Source: Eledone cirrhosa (lineage: Eukaryota). From it: a DNA stretch of 64,000 nt. The stretch is from assembly GCA_964016885.1 (NCBI GenBank), contig OZ024753.1:36022001-36086000 (forward strand), written 5' to 3'. The position numbers and the translations under genes were made by a program. Each line of letters starts with the position of its first letter. Position 1 is the stretch's first letter. Positions 14,270 through 27,013 of this stretch are shown here, piece after piece. The notes beneath the pieces are model-generated. The model made no database searches. It was not told the DNA's origin and saw only the letters and a program-made list of their open reading frames with translations.

Positions 14270-17200
14270 AATATTGTGTACAGTGCCCAGGTGCACCACA
14301 ACTCATCAAAAAGTGCATGTACAGTACATAGGGCAATGCACAAACATCAGTAAAATGAACAGTGCACGAGTCATGATACACACACGTGTGCATGTGTATG
14401 GAAGGGGTACATCAGGTGTAGTTTTGGCGTATTTTGGGAAGCATGAGTGTCTTAAAGGATGCAGTGTCTCGGCAGCTAACAACTGACGCAGGCAGTTTGT
14501 TCCATGCTTCAGCAACTCTGAGCGTGAAAAAATGTCTACGAAAGTCATGGGAGCTGTGCTGTTTTCTGATTTTGTAGGCATGTCCACGTGTGTTAGACAC
14601 ATGGAGATCAAAAAGGTGCTCAGGGTTGCAATTGGCGATTATTTAGAGAAATCACCTGTTATTACAGCTTTTAGGACTCACATTTTCAAATTTCAAAAAT
14701 AGTGATAGGAAGGGTTTCCAGCCCAGTCATAGAAAGCCTGTCAAACAATGGGTTGGGAGAACCCTTCAGTCGTGTCAAAGACAAGACAATCTCTGTACCG
14801 CCATCCCCACCCCCCATTACAGGATCTATTGCCATTAAAAGTCCTATTTACAAAGTACTTACGACAACTCTTTTCATCAGTTTGCTCTCCATCGCGACAA
14901 TCATCTTTGTTGTTACAAACTTGTTCTCGGTCAATACAACGGTAGTTCTTACAGGTAAACTGCTCAGGACCACAGGTGGGGTGATCTAGAAATATTTTAT
15001 AAAATATTTATAAAACAATATATAAAAGAAAAATAGAAAACTGTTCATAAACAAATAACCAGAAATATATTGACCTATCCCGAGAAAATAACTGTAACAG
15101 CAGTGAATTACTATTGATAAATCCCTCTACACCTCACACCTTCACCTTTGTGACATCATGAATAAACCACTCTACACCTCACACCTTCACCTTTGTGACA
15201 TCATGAATAAACCACTCTACACCTCACACCATCTTTCTAACATCATAAGAAATAAATCCTTCTACACCTCACACCATCTTTCTAACATCATAAGAAATAA
15301 ATCCCTCTACACCTCACACCATCTTTCTAACATCATAAGAAATAAATCACTCTATGACTCACACCATCTTTCTAACATCATAAGGAATAAATCACTCTAC
15401 ACCTCACACCTTCACCTTTGTGACATCATGAATAAACCACTCTACACCTCACACCATCTTTCTAACATCATAAGAAATAAATCCTTCTACACCTCACACC
15501 ATCTTTCTAACATCATAAGAAATAAATCCCTCTACACCTCACACCATCTTTCTAACATCATAAGAAATAAATCACTCTATGACTCACACCATCTTTCTAA
15601 CATCATAAGGAATAAATCACTCTACACCTCACACCTTCACCTTTGTGACATCATGAATAAACCACTCTACACCTCACACCATCTTTCTAACATCATAAGA
15701 AATAAATCCTTCTACACCTCACACCATCTTTCTAACATCATAAGAAATAAATCCCTCTACACCTCACACCATCTTTCTAACATCATAAGAAATAAATCAC
15801 TCTATGACTCACACCATCTTTCTAACATCATAAGGAATAAATCACTCTACACCTTACACCATCTTTCTAACATCATAAGGAATAAATCCCTCTACACCTC
15901 ACACCATCTTTCTAACATCATAAGAAATAAATCACTCTATGACTCACACCATCTTTCTAACATCATAAGAAATAAACCACTCTACACCTCACACCATCTT
16001 TCGGACATCATAAGGAATAAATCACTCTACACCTCACACCATCTTTCGGACATCATAAGGAATAAATCCCTCTACACCTTACACCATCTTTCGGACATCA
16101 TAAGGAATAAATCACTCTACACCTCACACCATCTTTCGGACATCATAAGGAATAAATCACTCTACACCTTACACCATCTTTCTAACATCATAAGAAATAA
16201 ACCACTCTACACCTCACACCATCTTTCGGACATCATAAGGAATAAATCACTCTACACCTCACACCATCTTTCGGACATCATAAGGAATAAATCACTCTAC
16301 ACCTTACACCATCTTTCTAACAACATAAGGAATAAATCACTCTACACCTTACACCATCTTTCTAACATCATAAGAAATAAATCACTCTACACCTCACACC
16401 ATCTTTCTAACAACATAAGGAATAAATCCCTCTACACCTCACACCATCTTTCTAACATCATAAGAAATAAATCACTCTACACCTCACACCATCTTTCTAA
16501 CAACATAAGGAATAAATCACTCTACACCTCACACCATCTTTCTAACAACATAAGGAATAAATCCCTCTACACCTCACACCATCTTTCTAACATCATAAGA
16601 AATAAATCACTCTACACCTCACACCATCTTTCTAACATCATAAGAAATAAATCACTCTACACCTCACACCATCTTTCTAACATCATAAGAAATAAATCAC
16701 TCTACACCTCACACCATCTTTCTAACAACATAAGGAATAAATCACTCTACACCTCACACCATCTTTCTAACAACATAAGGAATAAATCCCTCTACACCTC
16801 ACACCATCTTTCTAACATCATAAGAAATAAATCACTCTACACCTCACACCATCTTTCTAACATCATAAGGAATAAATCACTCTACACCTCACACCATCTT
16901 TCTAACATCATAAGGAATAAATCACTCTACACCTCACACCATCTTTCTAACATCATAAGAAATAAATCACTCTACACCTCACACCATCTTTCTAACATCA
17001 TAAGGAATAAATCACTCTACACCTCACACCATCTTTCTAACAACATAAGGAATAAATCCCTCTACACCTCACACCATCTTTCTAACATCATAAGGAATAA
17101 ATCACTCTACACCTCACACCATCTTTCTAACATCATAAGGAATAAATCCCTCTACACCTCACACCATCTTTCTAACATCATAAGGAATAAATCCCTCTAC

Positions 17201-20200
17201 ACCTCACACCATCTTTCTAACATCATAAGGAATAAATCACTCTACACCTCACACCATCTTTCTAACATCATAAGAAATAAATCACTCTACACCTCACACC
17301 ATCTTTCTAACATCATAAGAAATAAATCACTCTACACCTCACACCATCTTTCTAACAACATAAGGAATAAACCACTCTACACCTCACACCATCTTTCTAA
17401 CAACATAAGAAATAAATCCCTCTACACCTCACACCATCTTTCTAACATCATAAGGAATAAATCCCTCTACACCTCACACCATCTTTCTAACAACATAAGG
17501 AATAAACCCCTCTACACCTCACACCATCTTTCTAACAACATAAGGAATAAATCCCTCTACACCTCACACCATCTTTCTAACAACATAAGAAATAAATCCC
17601 TCTACACCTCACACCATCTTTCTAACATCATAAGGAATAAATCCCTCTACACCTCACACCATCTTTCTAACAACATAAGGAATAAACCCCTCTATGACTC
17701 ACACCATTTTTCGGACATCATAAGGAGAGCATAGGAGGCTCACATTAACCAGACATGTCGAATGTCACAATGAACCGGCCGGCAGAGTTCTTTTCTGGAA
17801 ACCTGATGTGTGCAGACGAGTTGGGAGATCAAATCACCATTAGACTAAAGGATGTTCTTGAAAATGACACCAGGTTGGAGGCAGGGGAAATTCAGAGGGC
17901 AATACTGGACAGGATGAGCCGGAGGAGGAAGTTCATCATGGCACCGGTAATGGATGTATAGAAGAAGACTCTAGATAATAGTTGAGAAAAATTGGGTGCT
18001 TTTTTGTCGTGGCACCAGTATAATCACCTTAACTCTCTAGCATTTAAACTGGCCATATCTGGCCAGAATTCTCTCACCTCTTTCTTTCAAACTGATCGTA
18101 ACTAGCTACTCATACTGATGTTAAGGTGTTTTTCTCAAAATAAATTACATTGAAATCTCGTAGATTCGACATTATGTGAGATATTTATGTAAGATAAAGC
18201 CTTTACCACAAAAATACAATAGTATATATAGAGTAATGTAAATGCTAAAGGGTGAAAGTGTGGACTGTTTTATCAAACTTACCACAGTTAATTTCATCTG
18301 AGTTGTCCATACAATCATCATATAAATCACAACGATTGTGCTGATTAGTACAGTATCCATTGTTACATCTGAACTCTGTTTGACGACATGTCTTGGTAGC
18401 TGAGAGAGAGAGAAAGTGAGAGAGGATAAAAGATATCAGTTGTGAGAGATGGCAGTTACAATAAAAAGAGGAAATAAGAAATTCTGATGGGAAGTTGAAA
18501 TATAAAAAAATTGGGAGATGGAAACTGACGAGGCCCATCACATATATATATATATATATATGATGCTTGTGTGAGATGCGTGATGCTGATGGTAGTGAGA
18601 CATTGGCAACAACTGCAGAGGATATACGATGGCTGGAGAGAAATGAAGCAAGCATGTGCCGTTGGATATGCAATGTCAATGTGCGTGAACAACCAAGCAT
18701 AGATGAGTTGAGAGAGAAACTGTGTATAAGAGGAATAAGTGTAGTGTGTGGGAGAGAAGACTGCAATGGTATGGACATGTGATGTGCATGGAGGATGATT
18801 GCTGGGTAAAGAAGTGCCAAGAAATCCCAGTAGAAGGAAGATGCAGTAGAAGAAGACCACAAAAAACATGGGCGGAGGTGGTGAGAGCAGACCTCAGATC
18901 GCTGAAACTCACGGTGGAGATGACGAAGGACCGTTACAAGTGGAGAGATGCTGTGCTGAATAAGACCCGTCCCACCCTTGCAAGCAGGGCAAAGCGTACG
19001 TGAAATGATGATAATGATGATATATATATATATATATAGGTGTTAAGGTAAAAGTTAATTGTGTCCATAGGCAATATGTTGAATGAGCACTTGATGACAG
19101 AATTTGTGGTAGCATATAAGAAGAAATCGGGATAATATTCAATCACTCTCAGATGCGAGTCTACAAGTTAAATCATATCTGAGGAGCTTCTGATTCCAGA
19201 GTCAAAAAAGAAAGGCAGACTGTATGATGCCTGCATACGAACAGCTATGTTGCATGGCAGTGAGACCTGGGCATTGTGTGCAGAGGATCTGTGCAGACTC
19301 GAGAGGAACGAAGCATGCATGCTCCGCTGGATGTGTAATAGTAATATACATGAACAGCAAAGCATAAACGAACTAAGGGAGAAATTAGGAATAAGAGGGA
19401 TCAGTCCACGCTGTAATGTGGCCATGTAGGTAACATGGTAAAAACCTCCCAGTCCACACTGTAAACGTGGTTGGTGTTAGGAAGGGCATCCAGCCGTAGA
19501 AAACCTGCCAGACAGTCCTATTGGAGCAAGACGACCAATTTTGCCTCAAGTGGGACAATTCCCGTCTAAACCCATGCTAGCGTGGAAGATAGACGTTAAA
19601 CGATGATGATATGTGTGTGTGTGTGTGTGTATATACAACAGCAAAAACAAAAACTACAAAAATGACAATGAGAAAACAACAATGCCAACAACAACAGCAA
19701 TGGCGACTGTAAAAATAAAATAGCCAAATACTCACCACACATATTGGCCTCCTCATCAGAATAGTCACCACAATCATCGAACATGTCACATCTCCACTCT
19801 TCGTGAATACAATTACCGTTCATACATATGAACTCTGAATCACTGCAATTGTGATCCTTTGGTATACATGTCTTGTATTTACTCACTACTAACGTCCCAT
19901 TGCAAGAACATTCAGCATTCCCATTAGGTCCAGGATGACATCCTTGACTGCACCCTCCATTAAATTTTTCACAAGGATTGCCATCACCTGGAAAATGAAG
20001 AAAATATAGTAAGTTTAGTTTAGTGAAGGTATATAGCTTAGTGTGAAGATGCATGGCTTAGTGGTTAGAGCATTGGGCTTGCAATTGAAAGGTTGTGAGT
20101 TCAATTCTCTGACCGGGTGGTGTGTTGTTTCCTTGAGCAAGACACTTTATTTCACGTTGCTCCAGTTTACTCAGCTGTAGAAATGAGATGATAGGACTGG

Positions 20201-23200
20201 GGTCCCTATCATTAAATTACTCAAGACACCTCCAACGAGATATACTTTGGAGGAGGCCAGCTAATTTTATGTGAGAACCTTTAAGTTATGTTCCTCACAC
20301 CAGCTTAATAATGATAAAATTAGTTATGTTACTAAATTCCTCCAAATTCTCGATTATTTTCAAAATTATTTGCAACTCATATGGCATTGCTTTTCATTAG
20401 AAATATGTTAAGGAAAGGGTTAATGACATAGGCAATGTCTTTCATTAGTTATATGATAAGGAAAGGGTTAATGACATAGATAAATCTTTAATTAGCGATA
20501 TGTTAAGGAAAGGGTTAAGAATATTATAATTTGGTGAAAGAGAAAAGAAAAAAACAGGAGTTGTATATTTACAGAGTTGTCTTCCTTTAGCAAACACAGT
20601 TAAATCGTTTGGAAATCGGTGTATTCGGGATAGTACCACAACATTATTTCCTGTATATTTTTCAGCACGGTGGACATTCACTTTATGTAATGGAGTAAAT
20701 AAATTGAATTATGACATAATAAAGAGTAAAATATATTATATAATTTGAGTAGATATGGTTCTAAATTGAAACCATTCAATGTGGAAGTTGATTGCTTTGT
20801 CAAGACTCATTAGAAGTACTTTCGGATTTTGTCTCACAACCCTCCCAGGAATCAGTGGGGGCTGATGAGGGAGAGTAGATATTCCACAGCAGAGCTTCAC
20901 AAACGTTTTGGGCCACTGTTCTCCTCACGGCCAAGTAATACCCTCAGCGACCCCAACCCTATTTCCAGGGAGACCTGCCTACGTGAAAATTGTAAATAAT
21001 ATGTAATAGATAAAATTGTAAATTTATATATAAATAATTGTTTCTACTTTTGACACAAGGCCAGCAATTACCCAGTATATTACTGGTATTTTATTTTATC
21101 GACCCCGTAAGGATGAAAGGCAAAGTTAACCTTGACGGGATTTGAACTCAGACTGTAAAGGGACGTAACTATGCTGGAAAGCATGGTGTCTGACGCTCTA
21201 CTGATACTGCCAATTAAATACTATAATACATGCTATGTATAAATAAATAATACATATCTTTCTACATATTTTACTAATGAATGTATATATAATATGGATC
21301 ATTTGATATTTAATATACTATTATATCCTCATAATATACTATTATATCATCATAATATACTATTATATCATCATAATATACTATTATATCCTCATAATAT
21401 ACTATTATATCCTCAATATACTATTATATCCTCATAATATACTATTATATCATCATAATATACTATTATATCATCATAATATACTATTATATCCTCATAA
21501 TATACTATTATATCCTCAATATACTATTATATCCTCATAATATACTATTATATCCTCATAATATACTATTATATCCTCAATATACTATTATATCCTCATA
21601 ATATACTATTATATCCACATAATATACTATTATATCATCATAATATACTATTATATCCTCATAATATACTATTATATCCTCATAATATACTATTATATCA
21701 TCATAATATACTATTAGATCCTCAATATACTATTATATCCTCATAATATACTATTATATCCACCGGGTAGTGACCACCGGCTTGTTATGAGTGAGGTCCG
21801 CGTGAGCTTAAGAAAGAGCAAGGCTCAGCCCCGGAGAACAATCTATGACTAGGGAGCTTTCAAGGAAGATGATAAGCTACAGGAGAGGTTCACAGTGGAA
21901 GTGAGAAACAGGTTTAGTGCTCTGTGTGGAGAGTCAGAGGAGAGAGAGATTGGATAGACTGAGGAGAGTGTGACGAGGAGGTACGGGCACTTCACCAATG
22001 CAGTGGCGAAAGCAAGTGAAACCCTGGTGCCGAGGAAAAAGAACAAAGGGAAGCACGTCAGCTCTGCAAACCCAAAAGTGTGTGCAGCCAGAGAACACCT
22101 GAAAGCTGCCAGGGACCAATTCTATGCTGATCCTACGGAGGAGAGGATGGAGACTGTGGAGGTGATGAGGGAAGAACTCTGTACCGCTTACACTGAGGTC
22201 AGAGAGGAGGCACTGATAGAGAAGATCAGAAGTGTGGAGAGAGCGGTTGACAGATCTGGATGTAAGGAGAGCTGGATGATCATCAACGAGATCACAGGGA
22301 GGAAGAAAAGGTGTTCGAGTCAGATCCAAGGAACGGGGCCCGAGGATAGGAAGAGGAAATGGCTAGACCATTTTAGGACCCTACTAGGAGAGCCACCCTC
22401 CACAGCCCAGAGCACTGGGGAGATCAGGCGGCTGTTTGAGGAACTGGATGTTGAGACAGAGCCCTTCACCAGAGAGGAGCTTCAGAGAGCCAAGAAGAAG
22501 ATCAAGGAGGGCAAGGCTCATGGAGAAGATGGAGTGGCATCAGAGGTGATGAAGAGGTGTGATTTTGATGATATCATCCTGGGGTTCTGTAACGGGGCAC
22601 TGGAGAAAGGAGTTGCCCCGAATCAGTGGAGGATCAGTAACATCGTCCCAGTGCCAAAGAAAGGAGATCTCTCTAACACCAACAACTACCGGGGGATCTC
22701 ACTGACGTCACTTGTGGCAAAGACCCTCAACAGGATGATTCTTAACAGGATCCAGCCTGAGATGGAGAAGAAGCTCAGGGACAACCAGAACGGCTTCAGA
22801 GAGGGTAGATCAACCACCAGTCACATCCTGATGCTGAGGAGGATATTAGAGGGAGCTAGAGCAAAGTGCCTTCCTGCGGTCATGGTTTTCATTGACTTTA
22901 GGAAGGCCTTTGATTCTGTGGACCGTTACTGCCTGATGAAGATCTTACAGGCTTATGGAATCCCCAAGAGGATGGTGGACCTGATATCACTGCTCTACAC
23001 CAACACCAAAGCCCAAGTCATTACACCTGATGGAATGACAGAGTTCTTTGAGATACTGGCTGGAGTGCTCCAGGGAGATACATTGGCTCCCTACCTTTTT
23101 ATCATCGTAGTGGACTATTGTATGCGCCTTGCACTGGAGAAACACCAGGACTCTGGCTTTACTGTAGCACCGGCTCAGAGCAGGAGAGTTGGGGCGAAAA

Positions 23201-25475
23201 AGGTATCGGATGCTGAATTTGCCGACGACATAGTTTTGGTGACAAATACAGTGAAGGAGGCAGAGGATTTGATGCGGGAGGTTGAGACTGTGTCGATGAG
23301 TGTGGGGCTGAGAATGAATGAGACTAAAACAAAATATCTGGTAGAGAATGTTGAGAAGCCAGAGGGGATCACTAATGTAGGCGGGAAGCCGCTGGAATTG
23401 GTTGAGGACTTCCTGTATTTGGGAGCAAAGATTGGGAATACGGAGGATGATGTGGTTGAGAGGAAGTGCAAGGCCTGGGCGGCGTGCCACAGCTTGAGAT
23501 CGGTGTGGAAGTCGGACCTTCGTAGAGACCTGAAAGTCCGCCTCTTCATTGCTGTAGTGGAGTCTGTGCTGCTGTATGGGTCTGAGACTTGGACACTGAC
23601 CAAAAAACTCACTCAGATGGTGGATGGGTGCTACACGAGAATGCTGAGGATGGCTCTGAATTTTAATCAGTATACACTGAGGATGAAAAACTCAGAGCTG
23701 TATGGGAGCATCCCAAAAGTCAGCTCAAAAGTGACACAGAGGAGACTGAGGTTGACTGGACATGCTCACCGACATCCAGAGTTGACATTGCACTCAGTAC
23801 TCCTTTGGGAGCCCCTACATGGACACACTAGAAGAGGAAGACCAAGGTTAACATATGTTGATGCCCTAAGGACAGACACTGGTCTGTTGGAGATGCAGGA
23901 TATGGCAGCGATAATGAGGGACAGAGACCGCTGGAGAGAACTCGTCTATGGATCTCGGGAATTTTACCCGCCTTAGATAGATAGATATATCCACATAATA
24001 TACTATTATATCCTCATAATATACTATTATATCCTCATAATATACTATTATATCCTCATAATATACTATTATATCCTCATAATATACTATTATATCCTCA
24101 ATATACTATTATATCCTCATAATATACTATTATATCCACATAATATACTATTATATCCTCATAATATATTATTATATCCACATAATATACTATTATATCC
24201 TCATAATATACTATTATATCCTCATAATATACTATTATATCCTCATAATATACTATTATATCCTCATAATATACTATTTTATCCTCAATATACTATTATA
24301 TCCTCATAATATACTATTATATCCTCATAATATACTATTATATCCTCAATATACTATTATATCCTCATAATATACTATTATATCCTCATAATATACTATT
24401 ATATCATCATAATGTACTATTATATCCTCATAATATACTATTATATCCTCAATATACTATTATATCCTCATAATATACTATTATATCATCATAATATACT
24501 ATTATATCCTCATAATATACTATTATATCCTCATAATATACTATTATATCCTCATAATATAGTATTATATCCTCATAATATACTATTATATCCTCATAAT
24601 ATACTATTATATCATCATAATATACTATTATATCCTCATAATATACTATTATATCCTCATAATATACTATTATATCCTCATAATATACTAATATATCATC
24701 ATAATATACTATTATATCCTCATAATATACTATTATATCATCATAATATACTATTATATCATCATAATATACTATTATATCCTCATAATATACTATTATA
24801 TCCTCATAATATACTATTATATCATCATAATATACTATTATATCCTCATAATATACTACTATATCCTCATAATATACTATTGTATCATCATAATATACTA
24901 TTATATCCTCATAATATACTATTATATCCTCATAATATACTATTATATCCTCATAATATACTATTATATCATCATAATATACTATTATATCCTCATAATA
25001 TACTATTATATCCTCATAATATACTATTATATCCTCATAATATACTATTATATCATCATAATATACTATTATATCCTCATAATATACGATTATATCACCC
25101 CCCCCCCCCCATTTAGGCTCCAGCCTTGATTTCCCCTTGACTTTCTCAACATGCCACCAGGTGGCAGTAGCGCCCACTTCGGGAACCTCTGCTTTAGATT
25201 ATGAACAGTTTGCTTTGCAGCTACATGGCACCATGGACAAGTGTCTTCAACTACAGCTATAGGTTTACCGATGATTTCTGAGTGAAATTTGGTAGAAAGA
25301 AACTGTATGGAAGCCCACCCATATAATATATGTATATACATACAGAGATGGTGAGAACTGACTGCAGATCACTGAAGCTCACAGAGGAGATAACGAAGGA
25401 CCATGACAAATGGAGAGATGCTGTGCTGAATAGGACCCATCCCCACCCTTGCAAGCAAGGAAAAGTGGACATAAA

Positions 25476-25513
<38 letters not shown>

Positions 25514-25895
25514 CATGGTGGTGATGGTGGTGATGATGATGATGATAATGGTGATAATGGTGATGGTGATAATGATGATGATGATGATGGTGGTGATGAT
25601 AATGATGCTGATGATGATAGTGATGGTGATAATGGTGATGATGACAGTGATGCTGATGATGATGGTGATGGTGGTGATGGTGATAATGGCGATGGTGATG
25701 CTGGTAAGGTAATGGTGATGCTGATGTATGTGTGTGTATATGTGTGTGTGTGTGTGTGCGTGTATGTGTGTGTGTGTCAGATTAGTTTGGTTAACTTACC
25801 AGTGTCAGCACTTGACCAGTAAATATAAAGGCCAAACAGAGTTAGAGAGTTCGGCTGTGGGGTGCTAATGATGGTGATGATGATGATGATGATGA

Positions 25896-25943
<48 letters not shown>

Positions 25944-26063
25944 TGTGTGTGTGTGTGTGTGCGTGTCAGATTAGTTTGGTTAACTTACCGGTGTCAGCAC
26001 TTGACCAGTAAATATAAAGGCCAAACAGAGTTAGAGAGTTCGGCTGTGGGGTGCTAATGATGG

Positions 26064-26098
<35 letters not shown>

Positions 26099-26100
26099 TA

Positions 26101-26131
<31 letters not shown>

Positions 26132-26240
26132 CAGATTAGTTTGGTTAACTTACCGGTGTCAGCACTTGACCAGTAAATATAAAGGTCAAACAGAGTTAGA
26201 GAGTTTGGCTGTGGGGTGCTAATGATGGTGATGATGATGA

Positions 26241-26324
<84 letters not shown>

Positions 26325-26770
26325 TGTGTGTGTGTATGAATGTATGTGTCAGATTAGTTTGGTTAACTTACCAGTGTCAGCACTTGACCAGTAAATATAA
26401 AGGCCAAACAGAGTTAGAGATTTCGGCTGAGGGGTGCTAATGATGATGATGATGTATGTATGTGTGTGTGTGTGTCAGATTAGTTTGGTTAACTTACCGG
26501 TGTCAGCACTTGACCAGTAAATATAAAGGCCAAACAGAGTTAGAGAGTTTGGCTGTGGGGTGCTAATGATGGTGATGATGATGATGTATGTGTGTGTGTG
26601 TGTGTGTATGTATGTGTGTGTGTGTGTGTATGAATGTATGTGTCAGATTAGTTTGGTTAACTTACCAGTGTCAGCACTTGACCAGTAAATATAAAGGTCA
26701 AACAGAGTTAGAGAGTTTGACTGTGGGGTGCTGATGATGGTGATGATGATGATGATGATGTATGTGTATG

Positions 26771-26839
<69 letters not shown>

Positions 26840-26974
26840 ATGTGTCAGATTAGTTTGGTTAACTTACCAGTGTCAGCACTTGACCAGTAAATATAAAGGC
26901 CAAACAGAGTTAGAGAGTTTGGTTGGGGAGTGCTAATGATGGTGATGATGATGATGTATGTGTGTATGTGTGTA

Positions 26975-27013
<39 letters not shown>

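Larger units (their letters stand above)
21311..25092. repeat. 21-bp AT-rich minisatellite interrupted by the RTE LINE
   Basis: aatatactattatatcctcat units on both sides of the LINE. Confidence 0.95.

Noticed and set aside
22987-23612. Antisense ORFs within the LINE
   Set aside because: Shadow frames of the RT ORF
24412-25177. Long ORFs on both strands
   Set aside because: Translation of the 21-bp satellite
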